DNA of 64,000 nt from Deltaproteobacteria bacterium (GTDB taxonomy: Bacteria; Myxococcota; UBA727; VGSZ01), in assembly GCA_016177705.1 (NCBI GenBank), contig JACOUT010000002.1, positions 213,604 through 277,603 of the forward strand. The letters are read 5' to 3'. The stretch's first letter is position 1, and every line of letters starts with the position of its first letter. The position numbers and the translations under genes are program-made. Shown here piece by piece: positions 31,482-41,519 of the stretch. The notes below the pieces were generated by a model, which had not been told where the DNA came from, did no database searches, and saw nothing but the letters and a program-made list of their open reading frames with translations.

Positions 31482-32306
31482 ATGCCGCACACCACGGACC
31501 CGCTCGACGAGCTCGATGCCTTCCTGCTCGAGCTGAACCGCGCCGCCGCCGACGTCATCCTGCCGGTGTTTCGCAACGCGGCGCAGCTCGCGATGGAGGA
31601 CAAGGGCAGCGTGGGCGCCTTCGACCCCGTCACGGCCGCCGACCGCGGCGCCGAGGCGGCCATCCGCAAGCGGGTGGCGGCGCGCTACCCGAGCCACGGC
31701 GTGCTCGGCGAGGAGTACGGCGCCGACCGCACCGACGCCGAGTGGGTCTGGGTCATCGATCCCATCGACGGCACGCGCGCCTTCGTCGCCGGTCTGCCGG
31801 TGTGGACCACGCTGATCGGCCTGCGCCACCAAGGGCGGCCGGTGCTCGGCTCCATCGGCCAGCCGGTGCTCGGCGAGGTCTTCATCGGCACCGCGGGTGG
31901 CGCGCGCTGCGTCACCGCTGGCGGCGAGCGCGCGCTACGCGTGCGCCCGTGCGCGCATCTGGCGGACGCGGTCGTCGCCACCACCGATCCCTTCAAGTTG
32001 CTCGACGAGCGCGAGCTGGCGGTCTGGCAGCGCGTGCAAGCGGTCGCGCGCTTCGCGCGCTACGGCTGCGACGCCTACGCGTACGCCATGGTCGCCGCCG
32101 GCTTCGTCGATCTGGTGGCCGAGAGCAGCCTCAAGCCCTGGGACATCGACGCCGCCGTACCGGTGTTGCAGGGCGCGGGCGGCCTGGTCACCGACTGGCG
32201 CGGCGGCGGCATCGGCACCAACGGCGGCCAGATGCTGATCGCGGGCGACCGCCGCGTGCTCGACGAGGCGCTCGTGCTCACGCGCGAGGTAGCGCGCTCG
32301 CCCTGA
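31482..32306 (+). CDS. Inositol monophosphatase family protein (histidinol-phosphatase HisN-like)
   Basis: WVIDPIDGT and WDIDAA motifs of the IMPase superfamily. Confidence 0.7.
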   Translation: MPHTTDPLDELDAFLLELNRAAADVILPVFRNAAQLAMEDKGSVGAFDPVTAADRGAEAAIRKRVAARYPSHGVLGEEYGADRTDAEWVWVIDPIDGTRAFVAGLPVWTTLIGLRHQGRPVLGSIGQPVLGEVFIGTAGGARCVTAGGERALRVRPCAHLADAVVATTDPFKLLDERELAVWQRVQAVARFARYGCDAYAYAMVAAGFVDLVAESSLKPWDIDAAVPVLQGAGGLVTDWRGGGIGTNGGQMLIAGDRRVLDEALVLTREVARSP

Positions 32307-32315
32307 CCCAAGGAG

Positions 32316-34742
32316 TCAGGCCTTGGCGCGGCGCGCCTCGAGCGCGGCGATGCGCGTCTTCACCTTCAGGAAGCTGTCGGGGTTGAGCGAGAGCGAGTCG
32401 ATGCCGGCCTCGACCAAAAGCTCGGCGAAGTCGGGGTGGTCGCTCGGGCCCTGACCGCAGATGCCGATGGGGCGCCCCACCTTGTGCACGCGCGCGATCA
32501 CGTCGCGAATCATGCGCGTCACCGCCGGGTTTCGCTCGTCGAACAGGTCGGCGAGCAGCTCCGAGTCGCGGTCGACGCCGAGGATGAGCTGCGTCAGGTC
32601 GTTGCTGCCGATGGAGAAGCCGTCGAAGCGCTCGGCGAATTCCTCCGCGAGGATGACGTTCGAGGGGATCTCGCACATGACGTAGACCTTGAGCCCGAAC
32701 TTGCCCCGCTCGAGGCCCGCCGCCTTCATCACCGCCAGCACCCGGTCGGCCTCGTCGGTGGTGCGGCAAAACGGGATCATCACGATCAGGTTGTCTGCGC
32801 CGATCTGCTCGCGCGCCCTGCGGATGGCGCGGCACTCGAGCAAGAAGCCGTCCTGGTAGCGCGGGCTCGAGTAGCGCGAGGCGCCGCGAAACCCGATCAT
32901 CGGGTTCTCCTCGTCGGGCTCGAAGGCGGCGCCGCCGATCAGGTTGCGGTACTCGTTGGTCTTGAAGTCACTCATGCGCACGATGACGGGCCTCGGGTAC
33001 TGCGACGCTGCGATGAGCGAGATGCCGCGCGCCAGGCGCTCGACGAAGTACTCGCCCTTGTCGGCGTAGCCGCGCGTAAGCTCGGCGATCAGCGCGCGGT
33101 CCTTGTCGCCGCTCACGCGCTCAGGGTGGGCCAGCGCCATCGGGTGCACGCGGATGTCGTCGGTGACGACGAACTCCATGCGCAAGAGGCCCACGCCGTC
33201 GGTGGGCAGGCGCCAGTACTTGAGCGCCGACGCGGGGTCCGCCAGGTTGATCATGATGCGCGTGGCCGTCTTCGGAACGGTGTCGAGCGCGGTCTCTTCG
33301 CGCGTGAACGGCAGCGCGCCGCGGTAGACGACGCCCTCGTCGCCGCCGGCACAGGAGAGCGTGACGGGCGCGCCGTCGGCGATGACGCGGGTGGCGTCGG
33401 GTGCGCCGACGACCGCGGGGATGCCGAGCGCGCGCGACACGATGGCCGCGTGGCAGGTGCGGCCGCCGTGCTCGGTGACGATGCCCGCCGCCACGCGCAT
33501 GGCCGGTACCCAGTCGGGGTCAGTGCTCTCGGCGATGAGGATCGAGCCGGGCCGGAAGCGCTCGAGGTCGGCGACGCTCCTGATGACGCAGGCGGGCGCC
33601 GCCGCGATGGCGGAGCCGACCGCGCGGCCTTTCACCAGCACCTCGCCCTGGCCGTCGAGCCGCCAATTGACCAGTCCCACCGCGCCGGCGCGCGACTGCA
33701 CGGTCTCGGGCCGCGCCTGCACGATGTACAGCTCGCCGGAGACGCCGTCCTTGGCCCACTCGATGTCCATCGGCATCGGCCGGCCGGCGCGCTCGCTCAT
33801 GTGCCGCTCGATCTGCACGGCGAAGCGGCCGATGGCGATGGCGTCGTCGTCGGACAGGCACAGGCGGCGGCGCTTCTCGAGCGGCGTGTCGACGTTGCGC
33901 GTGGTGGCGCTGCCGCCCTGCGCCAGCACCATGGTGCGCTCCTTGTCACCGACTCGCGCGCGCAGGATCGGGCGCTTCTTTGGGTCATCGAGCGCGCGTT
34001 TGAACAGCAGTACCTCGTCGGGCGAGACCGTGCCCTTGACCACGTTCTCGCCGAGGCCCCAGGAGCCGGTCACCATGACGACGTCGGGGAAGCCGGTCTC
34101 GGTGTCGAGCGTGAAGGCGACGCCCGCGCACGCGAGGTCGCTGCGCACCAGCTTCTGCACGCCCACCGACAGCGCCACCTTGTCGTGCGCGAAGCCGTGC
34201 TCGTCGCGGTAGGCGATGGCGCGGTCGGTGAACAGCGACGCCACGCACGCGCGCCAAGCGTTGACCACCTCGACGTCGCCGCGCACGTTCAAGAAGGTCT
34301 CCTGTTGGCCGGCGAAGCTCGCCTCGGGCAGGTCCTCCGCGGTGGCGCTCGAGCGCACCGCGACGCTCGCGTGCTCCTCGCCGCACTGGCGCGACAGCTT
34401 GCTGTACGCCTCGAGCAACGCGGCCTTGATCGCCGGCGGTATCTCGCCCGAGGCGACGCGTCGCCGGATGGCCGCGCCGGTCTGCTGCAGCGTGGCGCCG
34501 CCGGCGGCGAGTGCGGCGAGCGCCGCGGCGATCGGTGCCTCGAGCGCGTTGTGCGACAGGAAGGTGCGGTAGGCGGCGGCAGTGACGGCGAAGCCGGGCG
34601 GCACGCGCACGCCGGCGCCGGTGAGCGTGCGGGTCATCTCCGAGAGCGAGGCGTTCTTGCCGCCCACCGAGGCGACCTGGGTCGCGCGCTCGTCGTCGAA
34701 CCACAAGATCAACGGCTCGCTCGCCATGGCACCCTCCATCAC
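32316..34742 (-). CDS. ppsA: Phosphoenolpyruvate synthase (pyruvate, water dikinase)
   Basis: N-terminal ATP-grasp segment (GGKNASLSEM), phospho-His domain (GGRTCHAAIVSRALGIPAVVG) and PEP-utilising C-terminal domain. Confidence 0.85.
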   Translation of the reverse strand: MMEGAMASEPLILWFDDERATQVASVGGKNASLSEMTRTLTGAGVRVPPGFAVTAAAYRTFLSHNALEAPIAAALAALAAGGATLQQTGAAIRRRVASGEIPPAIKAALLEAYSKLSRQCGEEHASVAVRSSATAEDLPEASFAGQQETFLNVRGDVEVVNAWRACVASLFTDRAIAYRDEHGFAHDKVALSVGVQKLVRSDLACAGVAFTLDTETGFPDVVMVTGSWGLGENVVKGTVSPDEVLLFKRALDDPKKRPILRARVGDKERTMVLAQGGSATTRNVDTPLEKRRRLCLSDDDAIAIGRFAVQIERHMSERAGRPMPMDIEWAKDGVSGELYIVQARPETVQSRAGAVGLVNWRLDGQGEVLVKGRAVGSAIAAAPACVIRSVADLERFRPGSILIAESTDPDWVPAMRVAAGIVTEHGGRTCHAAIVSRALGIPAVVGAPDATRVIADGAPVTLSCAGGDEGVVYRGALPFTREETALDTVPKTATRIMINLADPASALKYWRLPTDGVGLLRMEFVVTDDIRVHPMALAHPERVSGDKDRALIAELTRGYADKGEYFVERLARGISLIAASQYPRPVIVRMSDFKTNEYRNLIGGAAFEPDEENPMIGFRGASRYSSPRYQDGFLLECRAIRRAREQIGADNLIVMIPFCRTTDEADRVLAVMKAAGLERGKFGLKVYVMCEIPSNVILAEEFAERFDGFSIGSNDLTQLILGVDRDSELLADLFDERNPAVTRMIRDVIARVHKVGRPIGICGQGPSDHPDFAELLVEAGIDSLSLNPDSFLKVKTRIAALEARRAKA

Positions 34743-34830
34743 ATCGTCGCCGAGGTATAGCGCACCGCCGCGCAGGTACCCCAGGTCGACGGGGCTTCCG
34801 GTCGCGCGCGGGGGACACTAGCGTGGCCCC

Positions 34831-35859
34831 ATGAACGCCATCGCCGGCCGCCGGTCGGTCGCCACCTGGCTGTTCCTGTGCGCCGGCTGCGTGCTGGCCA
34901 TGGTGGTCGTCGGCGGCGTGACGCGGCTGACGCGCTCGGGCCTGTCGATCGTCGAGTGGAAGCCCATTACCGGCGCGCTGCCGCCGCTCTCCCATGCCGA
35001 CTGGCTCGCCGAATACGGCAAGTACCAGGCGTCACCCGAAGGCCGCCTGGTCAACGCCGGCATGGACCTCGCCGGCTTCCAGCGCATCTTCCTGGTCGAG
35101 TGGGCGCACCGGCTGCTCGGCCGCCTCACCGGCGTGGTGGTGCTGGTGCCGTTCGTGTGGTTCCTGATCACGGGCGCGCTGCGCGGCGCGCGCGCGCTCC
35201 GCGTCGCCGGCCTCTTCCTGCTCGGCGGCCTGCAGGGGTTCGCCGGCTGGTACATGGTGGCGAGCGGCCTGGTCGACGAGCCGCGCGTCAGCCACCTGCG
35301 CTTGGCGTTGCACCTCGACCTCGCGCTCGTGATCTTCGCGCTGCTCTTGTGGGCCGCCCTCGACGAGGTCTTCGGCCAACGCACCGCCTCGTTGGCGCCG
35401 CGCCCGCGCGGCGCGCTCGCGCGCCCGTTCGCGCTCGCCACGCTGGCGCTCGCCGCGCTGACGCTCACCTGGGGCGCGTTCATGGCCGGCCTGCATGCCG
35501 GCCACGTGGCACCGACGTTCCCGAGCATGAACGGCGACGTCATCCCCTCGGGCATGGCGCTCGGCGCGGCCACCGATCTGGTGAGCCAGCCGCTGCTTGT
35601 GCACTTCCTGCACCGCACGCTCGCCTACTGCACAGCCGCCGGCGCGCTGCTCACCGCTTGGGTGACGCTGACCAGCGCCGCACCACCGCGCGCGCGCACC
35701 GCCGCGGTGCTGCTGGTGCTCGGGCTCGTCGTGCAGGTGGCGCTCGGCGCGTGGGTGGTGCTGGCGCACGTGCCCGTCGTCGCCGCCACGCTGCATCAGG
35801 CAAACGGCGTGCTCGTGATCGCGGCCTGCGTGGCGCTGCTGCACGGCGTTCGCCGGTAG
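34831..35859 (+). CDS. ctaA: Heme A synthase (CtaA/COX15 family)
   Basis: Eight TM helices and conserved His pairs in …VEWAHRLLGR… and …HFLHRTLAY…. Confidence 0.7.
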   Translation: MNAIAGRRSVATWLFLCAGCVLAMVVVGGVTRLTRSGLSIVEWKPITGALPPLSHADWLAEYGKYQASPEGRLVNAGMDLAGFQRIFLVEWAHRLLGRLTGVVVLVPFVWFLITGALRGARALRVAGLFLLGGLQGFAGWYMVASGLVDEPRVSHLRLALHLDLALVIFALLLWAALDEVFGQRTASLAPRPRGALARPFALATLALAALTLTWGAFMAGLHAGHVAPTFPSMNGDVIPSGMALGAATDLVSQPLLVHFLHRTLAYCTAAGALLTAWVTLTSAAPPRARTAAVLLVLGLVVQVALGAWVVLAHVPVVAATLHQANGVLVIAACVALLHGVRR

Positions 35860-35874
35860 CAGGCAAAAGGACCG

Positions 35875-37767
35875 TCAGCGGAAGCTCGAGCCGTGCTTGA
35901 GCTTGGGCGCGCGCCCCTCGAGAGCGAACATGAGCGCCGAGGCGTCGATGGTGTCGCCCAGGCTGACGGTGCCGCCCGTCCGATCGTGGATGCCGCGCGA
36001 GGGCACGAAGTGGATCACGGTGCCGTCGGCCGGGTTTTGCCACCACCAGCGCTCGACGACGAGCGCGCGCTCGCGATCGGAGAGCCCGAAGCGCGCCTGC
36101 AGCGCGTCGGCGAAGCGGTGCAGCGCCGCCAGGCCGGTGCCGCGCACCGAGGGCACCACCGGCCAGACGTCGTCGGCGCTCTTGATCTCGCCGGTGTCGT
36201 TGGCCGCCTTGTTGGCGGCGAGCTGGCGCGCCTTGACGAGCGCGAGCGTCTGGCGCTCCGGGTCCTTGGCGCCCGGCGTGCCCTTGGCCGAGACCACCAG
36301 GTCGCCCTCGAGCCCGTGCAGGTGGACGCGCGGCAACGACAGCCCGTCGGCGATCATGAGCGCGCCCTCGAGCATGTGCAGCGGGTCCTCCGCTGCCTCG
36401 CGCGGCACCTCCACGGGCACCTTGCCGGTCGAACGCTTGCCCTGGCAGAGGCCGCCGTCGACCAGCGCGTCGACGAAGGGCGCCACCTCGACGACGTTGA
36501 GCGCAAGCGAGTCGAGCGCGCCCTTGAGCGCGCCCCACACGACCGGCTCGTTCTCGAAGGCCTTCGGCACCACGTACTGCGCGTGGATCACGAGCGCGGG
36601 GTTCGCCTTCTTCATGGTGGCGAGCGCGGCGGCGAGCTTCTTTGCTTCCTCGGCGGCGGCCTGCTCGCTTGGCGCCTGTGTAAGGTAGTGGGCGCCGACG
36701 AAGAAGAACAGGTCGGTGTCCTTGGCGAGCTTCGTGAGCGTGGCGTCGTCGACCCCCTGCAGGCCGGGCCGCACGTCCTTGGCGAGCGCGCCCACGATGA
36801 CGCGGCTGTTGCCACCAGGCACGAGCGCGACGTCGGCGCCGTTGACGCGCACGCTAGTGCGCCCGCACAGCTCGAGCGCCAGACCGGCGCCGTACTCGAG
36901 GCTCAAGTTGACCCGCGCAGGCGTCTGGTCGGCGAAGGCGTCGGGCGCGTGGCGCGCGCCCGCCTTGTCGACGAGCGTGACCCCCGGCGCGAAGCGATCG
37001 GCGATCGCCTCTGGGATCTGCTCCGCCGAGAAGAAGCGCGCGTCGGCGCCGACCGCCGCGGCGAGGTTGGCGGCGAACGCGCCGGCGCCGCCCATGGCTT
37101 TCTTGGGGGAGAAGCCCGCGGCCGCGAGCGTTTCATCGAGCCAGCGCGACAGCTCGGGCGCGACCGCGAGCTGCTTGGAGGCGCCGTCGCCGAGCGCGAT
37201 CTGGCGGACCAGCGAGGCGATAAGCTCGACGGGGTTGCCTGGACGGGCCCAGACCGTGCCGCCGCCCGGCGGCCCCTGGTCGATGGCGACGAGCAGCGCG
37301 GCTTCGTCGCCGCAGCCGCTGACCAGCGCCCCGAGTGAGGCCGAGGTGAGCGGCACCTTGGCGTCCACCACGCGCGTGAAGCCGAACAGATCGGTCTGCG
37401 GTGAGGCCTTGAGGTGCTCGGCGCGCTTGGAGCGTGCGACCGCGCGCTCCATGTCGGCCGCGGTCACTCTCGTGTCCGTCGTCTGTCCCTGTACCAGCTC
37501 GGCGGCCTGGATGGCGCCGGCGACATCGCCGGTGACCGGTACGCCGAGCTCGACCGCGTGCAGCAAAAGCTCGCGCGCCGCCGCTGTTCCCCCTTGCGGC
37601 GGCGCGTCGAGCCCGGTCGACCCCCCGACCACGTCGACGACGACGGGCTTCACCTCCGTCGTCACCGACGCGACCCCGTTGTGCGCCGACGGGACGACCT
37701 TGGCATCGCTGCCAAGGCCGACCCGCTGCTCGACGTGGATCGGGGGGCTTCGCCGACCGAGTTTCAC
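35875..37767 (-). CDS. ADP-dependent sugar kinase family protein (ADP-glucokinase/phosphofructokinase type, ribokinase-like fold) with an N-terminal extension
   Basis: MGGAGAFAANLAAAVG (compare the GGNAGIMANVLA family motif) and C-terminal TVSLGDTIDASALMFAL (compare the GLGDTISAGAF catalytic motif). The true start is uncertain. Confidence 0.45.
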   Translation of the reverse strand: MKLGRRSPPIHVEQRVGLGSDAKVVPSAHNGVASVTTEVKPVVVDVVGGSTGLDAPPQGGTAAARELLLHAVELGVPVTGDVAGAIQAAELVQGQTTDTRVTAADMERAVARSKRAEHLKASPQTDLFGFTRVVDAKVPLTSASLGALVSGCGDEAALLVAIDQGPPGGGTVWARPGNPVELIASLVRQIALGDGASKQLAVAPELSRWLDETLAAAGFSPKKAMGGAGAFAANLAAAVGADARFFSAEQIPEAIADRFAPGVTLVDKAGARHAPDAFADQTPARVNLSLEYGAGLALELCGRTSVRVNGADVALVPGGNSRVIVGALAKDVRPGLQGVDDATLTKLAKDTDLFFFVGAHYLTQAPSEQAAAEEAKKLAAALATMKKANPALVIHAQYVVPKAFENEPVVWGALKGALDSLALNVVEVAPFVDALVDGGLCQGKRSTGKVPVEVPREAAEDPLHMLEGALMIADGLSLPRVHLHGLEGDLVVSAKGTPGAKDPERQTLALVKARQLAANKAANDTGEIKSADDVWPVVPSVRGTGLAALHRFADALQARFGLSDRERALVVERWWWQNPADGTVIHFVPSRGIHDRTGGTVSLGDTIDASALMFALEGRAPKLKHGSSFR

Positions 37768-37784
37768 CCCTTGACGCTAGCAGC

Positions 37785-38246
37785 TCAGCCGATGCGGATC
37801 TCCTTCGGCTGCGCGCTGCCCGACGTCGACTTGGGCACGAGCACGTTGAGCACGCCATCCCGATAGGTGGCGGTCACCTTGTTCTCGTCGACGGCGGTGG
37901 GGAGGGTGAAGGACCGCTGGAAGCGCCCGTAGCTGCGCTCCACGCGGTGGTAGCGCTTGTTCTTCTCTTCCTTCTCCATCTTGCGCTCGCCCATCAGCGT
38001 CAAGAGACCATCTTGCACCGTGATCTTGATGTCCTCCTTCCTCATGTCCGGCAGCTCGGCGTGCACCGAGTACGCCTCCGGCGTCTCCGAGATGTCGCAG
38101 GCGGGGAGCCACTGCGGCGACGAGAGCTGCTCGTTCAAGAACGAACCGAAGCTCGGCGTCGAGGTGTTCGGCGTCGAGAAGTAGCTCTGGAAGCGGCGCT
38201 GCATGTCTTCCAGCTCCCGCATCGGGTCCCAACGAATGATCGACAT
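37785..38246 (-). CDS. Small heat-shock protein (Hsp20/alpha-crystallin family)
   Basis: Alpha-crystallin domain (…PACDISETPEAYSVHAELPDMRKEDIKITVQDGLLTL…GVLNVLVPK). GGAGG ribosome-binding site 5 nt upstream. Confidence 0.8.
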   Translation of the reverse strand: MSIIRWDPMRELEDMQRRFQSYFSTPNTSTPSFGSFLNEQLSSPQWLPACDISETPEAYSVHAELPDMRKEDIKITVQDGLLTLMGERKMEKEEKNKRYHRVERSYGRFQRSFTLPTAVDENKVTATYRDGVLNVLVPKSTSGSAQPKEIRIG

Positions 38247-38382
38247 AGAACCTCCCGTTTCGGTTTGGTGCTCCACGCAAGACGCGGTGGAGCCGATCGC
38301 CGCGTGAGCAATCGATGTGCCACCGCTCACGTCGCGCGCTGACGCCGCTCGACGCGAGGGGTCATGACAAAACACACACGGC

Positions 38383-39048
38383 TTGTGGGCTGATCAGCAC
38401 CGTGCGAATGGTCAATCCGTGGCCACTGCCAAGACCGGGCGCACAGGGAAGCGCAAGCGCAAGAAGCCGACCGCCGACGGCATCCTGCAGGCGGCCGAAC
38501 GGGTGTTCGCCGAGCAAGGCTACGGCGCCACCTCGCTGCGCGAGCTGATGACCGCCGCCAAGGTCTCGACCACCGCCTTCTACGCGCGCTTCCCCTCCAA
38601 GGAGGCGGTGCTCGACGAGCTGATTCGCGGCCTGGTGGAGTCGCTCTCGAAGACCGTGCTCGAGGCCGCCGCGCGCGCGCGCGACGTCGAGAGCGGCCTC
38701 GGTGTCGGCACCGAGGTGCTGGTCGAGTCGCTCGTGCCCCACAAGAACCTGGTCCGCTTGTTCTTCACCGAGGCTACCACCAGCGCCGCGTCGAAGGAGC
38801 TGGTGCGCACGCTGCACGTGCAGCTCGCCGCGCTCTTGGTCGCGCGCCTGGTCAAGCTGCGCGAGAAGGGCGCGGTCAAGACCAACGACCCGAGCGCGCT
38901 CGGCTGGGCGCTCCTCGGCGCCATGGAGCTGCAGCTCATTCGCTGGGCCGTGCTCGGCGATCTCGCCGACAGCGCGCTCAGCGCCTCGCTGCGCGCCACC
39001 GCGCTCGCGGTGCTGCCGGGCGCGGTCGCGCCCAAGTCGGCGGCGTGA
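38383..39048 (+). CDS. TetR-family transcriptional regulator
   Basis: HTH segment ILQAAERVFAEQGYGATSLRELMTAAKVSTTAFYARFPSKEAV. Confidence 0.65.
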   Translation: MWADQHRANGQSVATAKTGRTGKRKRKKPTADGILQAAERVFAEQGYGATSLRELMTAAKVSTTAFYARFPSKEAVLDELIRGLVESLSKTVLEAAARARDVESGLGVGTEVLVESLVPHKNLVRLFFTEATTSAASKELVRTLHVQLAALLVARLVKLREKGAVKTNDPSALGWALLGAMELQLIRWAVLGDLADSALSASLRATALAVLPGAVAPKSAA

Positions 39049-39785
39049 TGCGCGCGGTCCTGCCCCGGCTGACGGCGGGCGCCGCGCTGTGCGCGCTCGC
39101 GCTCGTGGGTTCGTGTGCGAGCGCACCCAAGGAGCGCCCGCGCGCACCACCGCCCGATCCTGGCGAGCTCTTGTTCCTCGATCTCGAGAGCCGCCTGACG
39201 CGTGCCCGGACGGTGCACGTGAAGGGCCGGCTGACGGCGACCGGCGCGATCACGGCGGATCTGAGCGCGGAGCTGTGGCTCAAGGAGGGCAACCGCGCGC
39301 GCCTCGACGTCGACGGCGTGTTCGAAGGCAAGCGCCAACGCGCCAGCTTCTCGTGCGACGGCGAGCGCATGCGTGTGGGCAGCTCCCCCGTCGTCGTCGC
39401 CGAGCCCGAGCTGCGGGACGCCCTAGTGTACGGCCTGACGCGCATGGGTCTGCTGCACAACGCCGCGCTCCTCGTCGCCGGTGAGGCGCCCGATCACGGC
39501 GCCGGCGGCGCGCACGCGTGGGTCAAGGCGGAGCGCGCCCGATCGCTCGTGCCAGCCACCCGCATCGCCTTCGACATCGTGGTCGCCACCAAGCCGGCCG
39601 GCGACGCCATCCTCCAGCTCGACGACCAGGGCCGCGCGCACGAGCGCGTGCAAGACGTGCGCTTCGACGTCGGCGCCATGCACGTGGTCGAGCGCTACGC
39701 GGTCTTCGAGGTCGACGTGGACATCGACGACGCGCGCTTCGCGCTGGCCACGCCAGACACCACCGCACCGCCGCCCGCGCCCTGA
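39048..39785 (+). CDS. Lipoprotein of unknown function, co-transcribed with the TetR regulator
   Basis: AALCALALVGSC lipobox. Its start overlaps the TetR stop (GTGATG). Confidence 0.5.
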   Translation: MRAVLPRLTAGAALCALALVGSCASAPKERPRAPPPDPGELLFLDLESRLTRARTVHVKGRLTATGAITADLSAELWLKEGNRARLDVDGVFEGKRQRASFSCDGERMRVGSSPVVVAEPELRDALVYGLTRMGLLHNAALLVAGEAPDHGAGGAHAWVKAERARSLVPATRIAFDIVVATKPAGDAILQLDDQGRAHERVQDVRFDVGAMHVVERYAVFEVDVDIDDARFALATPDTTAPPPAP

Positions 39786-39794
39786 CCGCCGCCG

Positions 39795-41072
39795 TCAGTG
39801 CTTCTGGTCGCGCCACGCCTTGGCGAGGCCCTCGCGATCGTCGGGGTGCGCGAGCGCGATCAACGCGGCCGCGCGCTCGTGCAGCGTGCGTCCGAACAGG
39901 TTGGCGGCGCCGTGCTCGGTGACCAGCCAATGCAGGTGGGCGCGCGTCGTCACCACGCCGGCGCCGTCCTGCAGGCGCGGCACGATGCGCGCACGCCCGG
40001 TGCGCGTGCGGCTCGGCAGCGCGAGGATCGGCTTGCCGCCCTCCGACATGGCGGCGCCGCGCAGGAAGTCCATCTGCCCACCCACGCCCGAGATGACCCG
40101 CGTGCCGATGGAGTCGGCGCACACCTGGCCGGTCAGGTCGATCTCGACCGCCGAGTTGATGGCCACCACCCTCGGGTTCCTCGCGATCACGTTCGGCCGG
40201 TTGACGTAGCCGCAGTCGAGCAACACCACCGCCTGGTTGTCATCGACGTAGTCGTAGAGCGCGCGCGAACCGAACAAGAACGACGACACCGTCTTGCCCG
40301 GGTGGATCGCCTTCTTGGTGTTGTCGACCACGCCGCGGTCGATCAGCGGCAGCAGACCGTCGGAGAACATCTCGGTGTGCACGCCGAGGTGGCGATGGCC
40401 GCCGAGCGCCGCCAGTACCGCGTCAGGGATGGCGCCGATGCCCATTTGCAGCGTGCTGCCGTCCTCGATGAGCGCGGCGACGTGCCTGCCGATGGCGCGC
40501 TCGACGTCGTCGAGTTGGTGCGGCTCGGGCTCGGGCAGCGCCGCATCCACCTCCAGGAAGCGCGCGATGCGGCGCTGATCGATGAAGCCGTCGCCGTGGG
40601 TGCGCGGCATGCGGGGATTCACCTCGGCCACCACCACCTTGGCGACATCGACGGCGGCCTTGGCGGTGTCGACCGAGGTGCCGAGCGAGCAGAAGCCGTG
40701 CGCGTCGGGCGGCGACACCTGCACGAACGCGACGTCGACCGGACGCACGCCCGAGCGGAACAGGAACGGCATCTCGGAGAGGAAGCACGGCAGATAGTCG
40801 ACGCGCGCGCCGTCGAGCCTGCCGCGCAGGTTCTCACCGACGAACAGGCTGGCGACGCGGAAGCTCTTGGCGTAGCGCGCATCGGCGTAGGCCGCCGGGC
40901 CTGCGGTGTGCAGGTGAATCAGCTCGACGTCCAGCAACGAGTCGGCGCGCGAGTCGGCGCGCGCCACCAGCGCCTCGAGCAGACGAAGCGGCGTCGCCGC
41001 CGCGCCATGCACGAACACGCGCTGGCCGCTTCGCACCAGCGCGACCGCTTCTGCCGCATCCTTGACCTTCAT
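39795..41072 (-). CDS. Acetyl-CoA hydrolase/transferase family protein (succinyl-CoA:acetate or 4-hydroxybutyrate CoA-transferase-like)
   Basis: LQMGIGAIPDAVLAAL… and …EIDLTGQVCADSIGTRVISGVGGQMDFLRGA family signatures. Confidence 0.7.
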   Translation of the reverse strand: MKVKDAAEAVALVRSGQRVFVHGAAATPLRLLEALVARADSRADSLLDVELIHLHTAGPAAYADARYAKSFRVASLFVGENLRGRLDGARVDYLPCFLSEMPFLFRSGVRPVDVAFVQVSPPDAHGFCSLGTSVDTAKAAVDVAKVVVAEVNPRMPRTHGDGFIDQRRIARFLEVDAALPEPEPHQLDDVERAIGRHVAALIEDGSTLQMGIGAIPDAVLAALGGHRHLGVHTEMFSDGLLPLIDRGVVDNTKKAIHPGKTVSSFLFGSRALYDYVDDNQAVVLLDCGYVNRPNVIARNPRVVAINSAVEIDLTGQVCADSIGTRVISGVGGQMDFLRGAAMSEGGKPILALPSRTRTGRARIVPRLQDGAGVVTTRAHLHWLVTEHGAANLFGRTLHERAAALIALAHPDDREGLAKAWRDQKH

Positions 41073-41081
41073 GCGGCCACG

Positions 41082-41519
41082 CTACGCCGTCTGGCGCACG
41101 ATGGTCACCGGGACGGTCGCTTCCTTGGCCACCTTCTCGGCGACGCTGCCGAGCACCAGGTGCTCGAGCCCCTTGCGCCCGTGGGTGCCCACCACCACGT
41201 GGTTGACGCCGAGCCGCGCCGCCTCGTCGATGATGCCACGCGCCGGGTCGCGTGCAGGCACCACGTCGACTTCGATGGCGACCTTCGGGTAGCGCTCACG
41301 CAGCGCGCTGGCCACGCCTTGTAGGCGCATGCGCAGCTCCTCTTGCAGGCGGTTGGTCTCCTCGCCCCACGCCTCCTCGGGCCGCAACTGCGGCAGCGGG
41401 TGCACGTGGAGCAGCACCACCTTGCCGCCCAGCTTCTCGACGACGCGCGCGCCCTCCTTTGCAGCGGCGTCGCCGCAAGGGGAGAAGTCGTGCGCCACCA
41501 GCCAGGTCTCGGTTGCCAT
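41082..41519 (-). CDS. Universal stress protein (UspA family)
   Basis: …VGVNHVVVGTHGRKGLEHLVLGSVAEKV… ATP-binding motif. Confidence 0.7.
   Translation of the reverse strand: MATETWLVAHDFSPCGDAAAKEGARVVEKLGGKVVLLHVHPLPQLRPEEAWGEETNRLQEELRMRLQGVASALRERYPKVAIEVDVVPARDPARGIIDEAARLGVNHVVVGTHGRKGLEHLVLGSVAEKVAKEATVPVTIVRQTA

Noticed and set aside
32436-34760. 774-aa plus-strand ORF
   Set aside because: Antisense to ppsA, which is unambiguous.
35893-37338. 481-aa plus-strand ORF and others at 36716..37774, 37133..37858
   Set aside because: Antisense or alternate frames of the ADP-dependent kinase gene.
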